DNA of 64,000 nucleotides from an uncultured bacterium (GTDB lineage Bacteria; Babelota; Babeliae; Babelales; Babelaceae): NCBI GenBank assembly GCA_963819815.1, contig CAWFXL010000001.1, positions 32,001 to 96,000 of the forward strand, read 5' to 3'. Shown piece by piece: positions 48,066 to 58,111 of this stretch (position 1 is its first letter; each line of letters starts with the position of its first letter). The notes under the pieces were generated by a model. It saw only the letters and a program-made list of their open reading frames with translations, ran no database searches and was not told where the DNA came from. The position numbers and the translations under genes were made by a program.

Positions 48066-48656
48066 TTAAGAACCTATTTCAAATCGTACAAAGCGCTTAA
48101 TTTTAATGCTCTCACCCATTTTTGCAATGACATCTTTAAGTACATCGCCAACGGTCAATTTGTCGTTCTTAATAAATGGCTGATTCAGTAGGCATATATC
48201 GGTGTAATACTTTTCAAGCTTGCCTTCAATAATCTTATCGATCATTTGGGCGGGCTTGCCGGCAAGCTGCTCACGGTAAATAGCACGCTCTTTTTCAAGA
48301 AGTGCAGGATCTACCTCAGTTGCTTGGACGCATAGCGGCCTAAATGCGGCAATTTGCATAGCAACATCATGGGCAAATGCAGCCATGTCTTTTGTACGGG
48401 CAACGAAATCTGTTTCGCAGTTTAATTCAACAAGAACCCCAATAGTATTTCCTGGGTGAATATAAGAAACAATGAGTCCCTCTGCGGTCTCTTTACCAGC
48501 GCGTTTTTCAGCAAGTAGGCCACCTTTTTTTCTCAAAAGCTCAATCGCTTTCTCGATATCTCCACCTGATTCGATAAGAGCCTTCTTACAGTCCATCATA
48601 CCGATACCGGTACGTTCACGTAATTGCTGAATTAATTCAAGAGTAATTTCCGCCAT
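48066..48656 (-). CDS. tsf: Elongation factor Ts (short form)
   Basis: LRERTGIGMMDCKKAL, VELNCETDFVA, IKRFVRFEIG. Confidence 0.97.
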   Translation of the reverse strand: MAEITLELIQQLRERTGIGMMDCKKALIESGGDIEKAIELLRKKGGLLAEKRAGKETAEGLIVSYIHPGNTIGVLVELNCETDFVARTKDMAAFAHDVAMQIAAFRPLCVQATEVDPALLEKERAIYREQLAGKPAQMIDKIIEGKLEKYYTDICLLNQPFIKNDKLTVGDVLKDVIAKMGESIKIKRFVRFEIGS

Positions 48657-48966
48657 GTTATTCCTCGTGCAAGGTGGGTAATTGGTAATATGACTCTAGT
48701 GTGCCAAAAAGAGCCCGTTAGGGCAACTGTGATTCAGCAAGCTCAAGAAAGTGGCGGGGCCCCAATTATTTGAGCTTGCTTATGAGGAACTCTGAGCCGG
48801 AGCATAGGCTCTGAGTAGATGCTCCAGAGCCATAATTCAGAGGAAGGCTCTTAATGGGTCGAACAATAAGGCCATTTGACCTTATTGTAAGAATGAGTTA
48901 CACTTATTTCTACTTGATGAAGTATTTGAATTAAAATAATCGAAATTAAAGAAAATGGATATTCCA

Positions 48967-50244
48967 ATGAAAAAGTTATGTATAGTTCTCATCCTTTTTG
49001 CAAGCCAATGCTTGTATGGCCCGTGCCTCTCTGCAATGAACCGTGCAGTAAACCGTCCAGGGAACCCTTCACGTTTAGTGAATGGCTCTGGGAATCCTTC
49101 TGCCGATCCTTCTGCTGAATCATTTATCGTTGATTTATATATGGGAGATTCGGATCGTGCCTTATATGATATAGCATTATATAACAAATTCCTTGGGCTC
49201 ATAAAGCCTGACTTAAAAAGGTCTTTGGAAGATGATGGCCGCAAAAAGCTCCATAGAAAGCTGCCGGCAGGTACTACTAGTCTTGGACTAGCTCAGATAA
49301 TGATGCACTGCCTTGATGCTCTAGAAAAAAAAGATACTCAAGCATTACTTACTCTGTATACGCAGTATTTGGGGCAGAATAAGCATGCGGAATTTTGTGA
49401 AACGGTAGCTAATGCTCGCATCCTTGGTATTGAGATGATTGTTACTACGGCTCAGGAGTTTTTCAACAACTATTATAAAACCCTCATAGATCACAATAAC
49501 TCGTCTTTCTTTGTCAATCTTATACGATTTCAAAAGGATAGATTTAAAGAGCTTGGTGATATAAATGAGAAAGATCCTGAAACTGGGGAAACTTTTCTGA
49601 ACTATGCTGCAGCCCAAGGCAAGTTTGATATAGTAAAGGCCTTGTTAGATGCTGGAGCTCTGGTAGATAATGCTGACAATCTGGGAATTACTCCATTAAG
49701 AGCAGCTGCTGAAAAGGGAAACCTTGAGATAGTTACTCGGTTACTGGCTGCAAAGGCGGCTATAAATACACCTGACGCGGAAGGAAGAACTCCCCTTATA
49801 GTTGCTGCTAATGAAGGACATCTTGACATCGTCAAAGGGCTTGTCAGAGCAGGAGCAACACAAGATACTCGTGATACCTCAGATATAAATGCTCTTGAGC
49901 ACGCTGCAATGAATAATAAGGATGATATCCTCAGGGAATTGGGGGGCCAGGAGGCACGCGCTGATTTGTCTCTTTTCAAGAGAAAGCTTAAAGCGGGGAT
50001 AAATCAGAGAAAACTACTTAAGAAGATTGCTGAAAATCCTGTTCCTGTAGATCCCAAAAACCCTAAACAGGGTGCTTCTGTTCCACAAAAGAAAGCTCCT
50101 GACAGCAGCCCAGCGGCTGTAGTTGTCAAAGATACGAAGAGTTGGTTTAGCTTTCAGAGGAGTCTTGTTCTTGGGGTTCTTTCTATGGTTGCCTACTACT
50201 ATTTCACGTGGCAACAGGTTGCTCAGAAAGATGCTGATGCTTAG
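48967..50244 (+). CDS. Ankyrin-repeat protein with signal peptide and C-terminal TM anchor
   Basis: GETFLNYAA, GITPLRAAA, GRTPLIVAA, NALEHAA (about 4 ANK repeats); tail SLVLGVLSMVAYYYF. Confidence 0.9.
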   Translation: MKKLCIVLILFASQCLYGPCLSAMNRAVNRPGNPSRLVNGSGNPSADPSAESFIVDLYMGDSDRALYDIALYNKFLGLIKPDLKRSLEDDGRKKLHRKLPAGTTSLGLAQIMMHCLDALEKKDTQALLTLYTQYLGQNKHAEFCETVANARILGIEMIVTTAQEFFNNYYKTLIDHNNSSFFVNLIRFQKDRFKELGDINEKDPETGETFLNYAAAQGKFDIVKALLDAGALVDNADNLGITPLRAAAEKGNLEIVTRLLAAKAAINTPDAEGRTPLIVAANEGHLDIVKGLVRAGATQDTRDTSDINALEHAAMNNKDDILRELGGQEARADLSLFKRKLKAGINQRKLLKKIAENPVPVDPKNPKQGASVPQKKAPDSSPAAVVVKDTKSWFSFQRSLVLGVLSMVAYYYFTWQQVAQKDADA

Positions 50245-50334
50245 ACCCTTATTTATGGGTTGGGTTATCTGCCTCGCTCACATTGATTATGTTGAAGGTA
50301 CAAAAGTAGGTACTTAAAAACCAGATGTTTACCG

Positions 50335-50375
50335 AAACTGAGAGAAGCTTATTAAAAGGCTCTCTCAGTTTTTTT
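50335..50375 (+). terminator. Terminator after the ankyrin gene
   Basis: aaactgagaga ... tctctcagttt followed by a U tract. Confidence 0.7.
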
Positions 50376-50576
50376 CCTCAGTGGGAAAAAGTTGGATTGC
50401 GTAAAAAAGATTCTCGTATGATGCCTGAATGCATAGTGCGACAAGAAGGTTCGGCATAAAAAATGGTAAATTTGGAGAATAGTTCATTGAACTATTACAT
50501 GTCTGTGATACACTATACTTAAAGAAACCTCCTACCCTACAAAGGTATCTCCTAAAACGTTGATAAAGGATTGCTT

Positions 50577-50912
50577 ATGGCACAAACAAAAGAAGTTCCT
50601 GCGATGGATCGTTATGCAATAATTGAGACGGGCGGTAAACAGTACCAAGCTTGTGAAGGAAAAACTCTTGGTATTGAAAAGCTTGATATTAAAGAGGGTG
50701 GTGCTGTATCCTTTGATAGAGTACTGCTGCGCAAAACAGGAACGGCCGTGGAAGTAGGGACTCCATTTTTGAAAACTCCCGTAAAAGCTACGGTTGTTAA
50801 GCATCTAAGGGGACCAAAACTTATTGTCTTTAAGTTTAAGCGACGCAAGCGGTATATGCGTAAAAAAGGCCATCGTCAACCTATTACGGTGGTGAGGATA
50901 GTTTCAATTTAG
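50577..50912 (+). CDS. rplU: 50S ribosomal protein L21
   Basis: YAIIETGGKQY, VFKFKRRKRY, KKGHRQPIT. Confidence 0.96.
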   Translation: MAQTKEVPAMDRYAIIETGGKQYQACEGKTLGIEKLDIKEGGAVSFDRVLLRKTGTAVEVGTPFLKTPVKATVVKHLRGPKLIVFKFKRRKRYMRKKGHRQPITVVRIVSI

Positions 50913-50918
50913 GAAAAT

Positions 50919-51230
50919 ATGAAGTTTGGGGGAGTAGTTGCGGTAGTCTGTCTGGTAGCTAGTCTTTATGCTGCCGATTCTTCCCAATCTGACAAATCCC
51001 ATCAGCAGATGCTCGACAGTCTATTTCAGGGCATTGAGCATCTTCCTGTTTCTTACTTGAAAAGATTTCGTTTTATAGATATAGAAAGTCTTTTAGAAGA
51101 TTCTCCTGAGCTTGCGGATCAATTTAAGAGTCTTTCTGAGAAACAACAGGAAGAGCTCATTGATGCCATAGACCAGTTCAATGATGTACTTGCAGAAGGC
51201 TTTTTGGACGCGGCTCAAGACGAACAATGA
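50919..51230 (+). CDS. Small acidic secreted hypothetical protein
   Basis: AGGA RBS, signal peptide ending LYA-AD, 103 aa. Confidence 0.65.
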   Translation: MKFGGVVAVVCLVASLYAADSSQSDKSHQQMLDSLFQGIEHLPVSYLKRFRFIDIESLLEDSPELADQFKSLSEKQQEELIDAIDQFNDVLAEGFLDAAQDEQ

Positions 51231-51444
51231 TTCTTAGGTCTCTTACAGAAGATCCGATACCAATACCCATCATTAAAAGTACTTTCGAGATATCCTAGAC
51301 ACCTTTTATTATCATCCTACAGTATTAATCATCATTATGGCCCACGGGTATTTCAATAAGGATAAAATTCTTTACTAATATCTAGATTTTCATTCAGATT
51401 ATGGGGTATGCTAATACTAGGAGTATAAAAAAAGCAGGTGTCTT

Positions 51445-54140
51445 ATGAAGCAAATAGTACCTATAGTCAATCATAGCACTCATAAGTTTTTCAGCTTCAG
51501 TGCAAGCAGGAAACTCTTCTGCCAATGATCTTGTGATAGATCAAGAACGGCAATATTTTAGCGGTGGGTATCTCAAATAACCCTACCAATTCTGTGTCAA
51601 CCCAGCCAACTAATTCAAGTTCATGTGCGCTGGTTCGTTATTTGCCCAACGGAACACTTGATCCTACCTTTAATCCTGATGGTACTGTTCCGGGAATACT
51701 TCAGATTATTTTACCGCCGCAAACTACTACCCCAAGCTTATTTGGGGTTAATGGGGGGCTTAATAGTGTTGTTCTTACCCCAGATGATAAGATCATAGCT
51801 GCCGGGACGTATAATCTTGGACTCAATACTGATGTTACGGTGCTTAAGTTCAATCAAGATGGGAGTTTTGATACGAGCTTTAATGCCACGGGGCAACTTG
51901 GTAAAACACCCGGAGTATCCTATATTAATGTTGGCCAATTTACCATACCCAATAACGTGGTAAACGGAACCACGCAAGATACGGCCTATGGGGTAGCTCT
52001 TGATAGTCTTGGGCGGATTGTGGTCGTAGGATCTACTAATAATGGGCAGAGCATTTCAACGCTCGTTATTAGACTGACGCCCAATGGTGAATTAGATCCA
52101 ACATTTAATGCTAACTCTGCGAAGCCAGGAATTTTTGTGTACAGTGTAGTACAAAATAATATTACCTCGAATATTGCCGCTACTGCGGTAGCTATTAATC
52201 CAGATGATTCAATTATTGTGGGAGGTACCTTAAATGGGAGCTACAATAATAGTAGTACAGTCTCTTCAAACTTTTATATCCTTAAGTTAACTTCTCAAGG
52301 AGTGGTTGATAAGACTTTTAATGCCGGAGGAAATGTTCCTGGCATCGTTCAACAAACCTTCCAAAACGTTTTTAATCAGGCATTTGCCCTGCAGCTTGAT
52401 ATGTTTGGTAATATCGTCATCGCCGGTTCCTCGCAGCAGTTTTTTGGGGGAAGCGCGTCAAGTGTGGGTGGTGCTCTGACACTTTTCGCAATTGCACGAT
52501 ATTTGCCAACAGGTTTGTTGGATACAACCTTTAATGCAAATGGCCTCTCCATGGGCCTTCCAGGGACTGTCTTAACTTCTATTTCTCAGAATATGGACAT
52601 TGTCAATGGTCTTGCCATAGCTGCAGATGGAGCACTTGTGGTTACTGGCGTTTCTAATGATGGAACGAATATGTCTTTTGCCACGGCACGATACACGCCT
52701 ACCGGGGTTCTTGATCCGGCCTTTAACCCTACAGGATCGATTCCCGGAGTGGTAATTACCCAGGTTAACCAAGTTCCACAATATACGCCTACGCCAACGG
52801 TAATCAATACGGGGAAGGCAGTTGTTATAGGCTCAAATAGTGAAATTTATGTCTCAGGCTTTTCTTTCGATGGCTTTCAAACTAACTTTACGATACTTAA
52901 CTACCTTTCTGCAGGGGTTCTTAATACGCCAGTATTTAATCCAACAGGATTGATTTCAAATGTTCCTGGTGTGGTAGTTACACCTATTGGCCAATCTCTG
53001 ACTATTCAAGGTAATGGGGTGCCCATGTTTATCACCGAGGATGTATCTGGCGTAAGTCCGGATATTTTGAGTACTTTGCGGCAGCCCTTTGAATTGATTG
53101 AGCCTATAATTACTACCGACACAAGACCTGTCTTTAAGCAAAAGCAGATTACTCTAAAGGGTACTGCATCACCTAACGCATTTGTTGCCTTGTATGTAAA
53201 TGGTTTTGAAGTGGCTAAAGCCTCAGCGCGCTATACGGGAGAATGGTATGCGATCTTACCTCCGCTGCTTGATGGGACCTATGAAGTTGTAGCTGTGGCT
53301 CAAGATCCTCTTTCGGGTATTAGCTTGTCCTCGCTGCCTGTTTCACTTAAGGTACGAACCTACGTGCCAAAGCCTCCACATATTACGAAGCCTTTTTTAA
53401 ACCAGGTACTTACGGAAAAGACTATTGTTGTTGAAGGTATGGCAGATCCAGGAGCTTTGGTTACTCTGTTTCTGGATGAGAAAAGACGTGCCCAGGTACG
53501 CGCTACAGGTGATGGACGATGGCATACGAGTGTAACAAATATCGACAAGGGCTCTCATGTTCTTACTGCTCAAGCACGCATCGAGGGGGATACACGAAGT
53601 AAGCAGTCTGAACCAGTTTCATTTTCTGTTGATCTTAGTGGCGAAAAAGCTCCCGTGATTATTTCACCAAAAAATGGATTTGTAAGTACAAGTTCACAAG
53701 TACGCTTAGAAGGGCAAGGGTCACCCAATTCAACGATAAAACTCTATGCTAATACCAAGCTTCTCAAAGAGGTCCCCGTAAATAAAGAGGGCAAGTGGAG
53801 TGCTCTATTGGCCAATCTTGAAGGCGCTCACGAATTCTATGCAACTACATCTAATAAAAATTATGCATCACAAAAGGTCTCAGGAAAGTTGATACTACCG
53901 GCGCCTAGAGAGCATGACTTTGCAGATCCTATGGACCCTTTTTCAGGCTACGCATCTCCAGGAGGAACGATTAAAGTGTATAGTGGCACCAACTATCTTG
54001 GTATGACTAAAGCCAATAAAGATGGCAGGTGGACCTTTACTCCCTTGAAGAGTATTGGGGTAGGATATGAGCCTATTAAGATAGATATCTATGATGCTCA
54101 AGGAATAAAGCAATCAACCATTGAGAAATCTTCGTCCTAG
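51445..54140 (+). CDS. Secreted delta-60-repeat beta-propeller + bacterial Ig-like domain protein; two apparent +1 frameshifts in the first 120 bp
   Basis: Repeated RYxPxGxLDxTFN; C-terminal GTASPNA, GMADPGA, GQGSPNS, GYASPGG ... GxW Ig repeats; ATG 51445 starts a signal peptide out of frame with ORF 51564-54140. Confidence 0.82.
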
Positions 54141-54256
54141 TAAGGTGATAGGTCTTTAATTGCTTAATTAAGAAAGAGTCTAACAAGACCAATGAGAGCT
54201 TGCATTCTACAAGGGGTGTAATTAAAATTTTCATATGAAGATTGCGTAAATGTTTT

Positions 54257-55711
54257 TTAATGTTCTCGAGCTTTATTGAGGAACTGCTCAGTTCTTGCAA
54301 TGTTAGACCTGATCGTATTTTTCATAGAGTTTGGAGCGATCTCTAAAGCTTGTCTAAAGTAGTCTAAACCTGTTCTGTTGTCCCTTTGAGAACAATGAGC
54401 ATTGCCAAGACCAATAAGAGCCTGAGCTTGCAACGTTGCATCCCCATGAGTGCCAAGGACTCGACGAGCTTCTAGATACCAATCAATATCATTTCTATGT
54501 CGATTATCAGTATAACGGGCATTGCCAAGACCAATCAGGGCTCGAGCCTGCAAGTCCACGTCACCATGGTCGCCTAGTACTTTGAGAGCTTCTCGATACC
54601 AATAGTTTCTATCATGTTGATGATCAGTGTAACGAGCATTGCCAAGACCAATAAGAGCCTGAGCTTGTAACGATATATCTCCATGATTTCCAAGGATTGC
54701 GAGAGCTTCAAGATACCAATCAGCATTATTTTCATGCCGATTATCGGTATAACGAGCATTACCAAGACCAATGAGTGCCTGCGCTTGTAAGTCTATATCA
54801 CCATGCGAGCCAAGTATTCCAAGAGCTTCTAGATACCAATGGTTTCTATAATGTTGATTATCAGTATAACGAGCATTACCAAGGCCAATGAGTGCCTGCG
54901 CTTGTAAGGTTATATCACCAGTAGAACCAAGTACTCTGCGAGCTTCAAGATACCAATCAGCTTGCTTTCTATGTTGAATATCAGAATGACGAGCATTACC
55001 AAGACCAATAAGAGCTGTTGCTTGTAAGGTTATATCACCATGCGAGCCAAGTATTCTGCGCGCTTCAAGATACCAATCAGCATTGTTCCTATGCTGATTA
55101 TCAGTATAACGAGCATTGCCAAGGCCAATAAGGGCCTGGGCTCGTATATTTTGGTTATTGCTAGTAGTACACCATTCGAGGGCCTGGAGATAGTATCTGC
55201 AGCCATCTGAGGCATTATGCAGTGTTAAACGATAAAAGTCTCCCACATAACAAAGTGTTTGGCCATAGGAAGGGGTCTGTTGATCGATTTTTAAGGCTTT
55301 CAGAGCACAGTGCAAGGCTGTTTTGATTTCACCATTTCTTCTATAAAGTTTTGAGAGGTTGCGAGAGCTTATCGATCGTAAGTCTGCAGAAAGGTTATCT
55401 TGAGATTCAATCAGGTGCATATATACTTTTTGAGCAAGCCTTAAAGCTTCCTTACTCGTAAATAGATGTCGATATTCATTAGCAATAGCATACCAGCATT
55501 CTGCATTGTTTGGAGTAATGCCTATGGTTTTAAGTTGATTTTCATGCTTAAGCAGGATCTTCTGGAGATCTTCAGCCCCTAATCGAGCAAATTCACCCTT
55601 AGCCGGAGCAGTTAATGCATCAGGTACAACGGTTTTCATGCTAGAGCTGAAGCTTAAATGGCTGTAAGTAGAGAGAATTCCTATAAGCAGAGGTCTTAAT
55701 ATGCTGTTCAA
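54257..55711 (-). CDS. Secreted TPR-like protein with 6 near-identical 39/40-aa repeats plus cap
   Basis: GGAG RBS + TTG; signal peptide; unit AQALIGLGNARYTDNQHxxx(x)xWYLEAxxxLGxxGDIxLQ. Confidence 0.9.
   Translation of the reverse strand: MNSILRPLLIGILSTYSHLSFSSSMKTVVPDALTAPAKGEFARLGAEDLQKILLKHENQLKTIGITPNNAECWYAIANEYRHLFTSKEALRLAQKVYMHLIESQDNLSADLRSISSRNLSKLYRRNGEIKTALHCALKALKIDQQTPSYGQTLCYVGDFYRLTLHNASDGCRYYLQALEWCTTSNNQNIRAQALIGLGNARYTDNQHRNNADWYLEARRILGSHGDITLQATALIGLGNARHSDIQHRKQADWYLEARRVLGSTGDITLQAQALIGLGNARYTDNQHYRNHWYLEALGILGSHGDIDLQAQALIGLGNARYTDNRHENNADWYLEALAILGNHGDISLQAQALIGLGNARYTDHQHDRNYWYREALKVLGDHGDVDLQARALIGLGNARYTDNRHRNDIDWYLEARRVLGTHGDATLQAQALIGLGNAHCSQRDNRTGLDYFRQALEIAPNSMKNTIRSNIARTEQFLNKAREH
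54428..55141 (-). repeat. Coding tandem array, 6 units (4 x 120 bp + 2 x 117 bp)
   Basis: 714 bp = 238 aa between the first AQALIG and the cap AQALIG. Confidence 0.92.
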
Positions 55712-55852
55712 ATGAAAACTCCATACGTTTTACAAAATAATTAATAGTATAATATATACTAAAATACTTGCAATGAGTAATGAGGGGTTTTCTTTCGGGG
55801 AAACCTTTGTTCATAGTAGCGGATGAAATGCTGCAAAATATAAAAAAATGAG

Positions 55853-57958
55853 TTAGCGATAACGAGGTCTTCTTTGCGGGTTCCCAGAAGCATCTCTCTT
55901 TAGGAAGTGCTCAGTTCTTGCAATGTTAGACCTGATCGTATTCTTCATAGAGTTTGGAGCGATCTTTAAAGCTTGTCTAAAGTAGTCTAAACCTGTTATG
56001 TTGTCTCTTTGAGAACAATGAGTATTGCCAAGTCCAATGAGGGCCTGAGCTTGTAACGATATATCTCCATGATTGCCTAGTACTTTGAGAGCTTCTAGAC
56101 ACCAATAGTTTCTATCATGTTGATTATCAGTGTAACGAGCATTACCAAGTCCAATGAGGGCCTGGGCTTGTAGGTCTATATCACCAGTAGAGCCAAGGAC
56201 TCCGAGAGCTTCAAGATACCAATCGGCATTATTATTATGTTGATTATCGGTATAACGAGCATTGCCAAGTCCAATGAGTGCTTGAGCTTGTAAGGCTATG
56301 TCACCATGAGTACCAAGCACTCTGAGAGCTTCTAGATACCAATCGGCTTGAGCTCTATGTTGATGATCAGTGTAACGAGCATTGCCAAGTCCAATGAGGG
56401 CCTGGGCTTGTAATTCCACGTCACCACGGCCGCCTAGTACTTTGAGAGCTTCTAGATACCAATAGTTTCTATCATGTTGATTATCAGTGTAACGAGCATT
56501 GCCAAGTCCAATGAGGGCCTGGGCTTGTAGGTCTATATCACCAGTAGAGCCAAGAACTCCGAGAGCTTCAAGATACCAATCAGCATTATTATTATGTTGA
56601 TTGTCGGTATAACGAGCATTGCCAAGTCCAATGAGTGCCTGGGCTTGTAATTCCACGTCACCACGGTCGCCTAGTACTTTGAGAGCTTCTAGATACCAAT
56701 AGTTTCTATCATGTTGATTATCAGTGTAACGAGCATTGCCAAGTCCAATGAGGGCCTGGGCTTGTAGGTCTATATCACCAGTAGAGCCAAGAACTCCGTG
56801 AGCTTCAAGATACCAGTCAGCATTATTATTATGTTGATTGTCGGTATAACGAGCATTACCAAGGCCAATGAGTGCCTGAGCTTGTAAGTCCACGTCACCA
56901 CGATCGCCTAGTACTTTGAGAGCTTCTAGAAACCAATAGTTTCTATCATGTTGATTATCAGTGTAACGAGCATTGCCAAGTCCAATGAGGGCCTGGGCTT
57001 GTAGGTCTATATCACCAGTAGAGCCAAGGACTCCGAGAGCTTCAAGATACCAATCAGCATTATTATTATGTTGATTATCGGTATAACGAGCATTGCCAAG
57101 ACCAATGAGGGCCTGGGCTTGTAAGACTATATCACCATGAGAGCCAAGTAGTCTGAGAGCTTCTCGATACCAATCGGCTTGAGCTCTATGTTGATGATCA
57201 GTGTAACGAGCATTGCCAAGTCCAATGAGGGCCTGGGCTTGTAATTCCACGTCACCAAGGTCGCCTAGTACTTTGAGAGCTTCTAGATACCAATAGTTTC
57301 TATCATGTTGATTATCGGTATAACGAGCATTGCCAAGTCCAATGAGGGCCTGAGCTTGTGCATTTCGAATATTATTGGTAGTGCACCATTCAAGTGCCTT
57401 AAGATAGTATCCGCACCCATTTGCGGTATTATGCAAGGTGAAGCGATAGAAGTCTCCCATATAACAAAGTGTTCGGCCATAGGAGCGTGTCTGCATACCA
57501 GTTTCTAAGGCATGCCGAGCATAGTGCAAGGCCTTTTGTATTTCACCATTTCTTCTATAAAGTTTTGAAAGACAGCGTGCGGTTAACGATCGTAAGTTTG
57601 CAGGTAGGTCATCCTTAGATTCAATCAGGTGCATATATACTTTCTCAGCAAATCTTAAGGCATTCTTACAAGCAAATAGATGTCGATATCCATTAGCAAT
57701 CTCATACCAGCATTCTGCATTGTTTGGAGTAATACCAATAGTAGCAAGATGTTCTTCATGCTTAACCAAGATATTTTGAAGATCTTCAACTCCTAACCGA
57801 GCGAATTCACCCCTAGCCATAATGGTTAATACATCGAGTGAATTAGCCGAAGGGCAATCGATAGATGCTGCCGCGAGAGCTTCCACGCTAGAGCTAAGGC
57901 TAAAGGTGCTGTAGGAAGAGAAAATAGTGATAAGTAGAAATCTTAATGCGCTGTTCAA
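55853..57958 (-). CDS. Secreted TPR-like paralog with 11 near-identical 39/40-aa repeats plus cap and basic tail
   Basis: Same ggagt-N6-TTG AAC AGC start as its paralog (ORF track start 57964); shared N-domain and cap; C-terminus PQRRPRYR. Confidence 0.9.
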   Translation of the reverse strand: MNSALRFLLITIFSSYSTFSLSSSVEALAAASIDCPSANSLDVLTIMARGEFARLGVEDLQNILVKHEEHLATIGITPNNAECWYEIANGYRHLFACKNALRFAEKVYMHLIESKDDLPANLRSLTARCLSKLYRRNGEIQKALHYARHALETGMQTRSYGRTLCYMGDFYRFTLHNTANGCGYYLKALEWCTTNNIRNAQAQALIGLGNARYTDNQHDRNYWYLEALKVLGDLGDVELQAQALIGLGNARYTDHQHRAQADWYREALRLLGSHGDIVLQAQALIGLGNARYTDNQHNNNADWYLEALGVLGSTGDIDLQAQALIGLGNARYTDNQHDRNYWFLEALKVLGDRGDVDLQAQALIGLGNARYTDNQHNNNADWYLEAHGVLGSTGDIDLQAQALIGLGNARYTDNQHDRNYWYLEALKVLGDRGDVELQAQALIGLGNARYTDNQHNNNADWYLEALGVLGSTGDIDLQAQALIGLGNARYTDNQHDRNYWYLEALKVLGGRGDVELQAQALIGLGNARYTDHQHRAQADWYLEALRVLGTHGDIALQAQALIGLGNARYTDNQHNNNADWYLEALGVLGSTGDIDLQAQALIGLGNARYTDNQHDRNYWCLEALKVLGNHGDISLQAQALIGLGNTHCSQRDNITGLDYFRQALKIAPNSMKNTIRSNIARTEHFLKRDASGNPQRRPRYR
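56051..57355 (-). repeat. Coding tandem array, 11 units (5 x 117 bp + 6 x 120 bp)
   Basis: 1305 bp = 435 aa; unit order A-B-C-A-C-A-C-A-B-C-A. Confidence 0.95.
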
Positions 57959-58111
57959 GTACAAACTCCTTATGTGTTTATATATTAATTAACATTATAT
58001 ATTAATTAAAAATAATTACAAGGAGAAATGAAGACATTTTTTCTTACGGAACATCTTTCTACATAAAGGGGATGTAGTTGCTCGAGGGATAAAGTACCAT
58101 AATTCTTTGTT

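Noticed and set aside
54428..57355. CRISPR array or true TAL effector homologs
   Set aside because: Repeats are in-frame coding units of 117/120 bp; they lack the LTPxQVVAIAS...GGKQALE consensus, so any TALE similarity is architectural only
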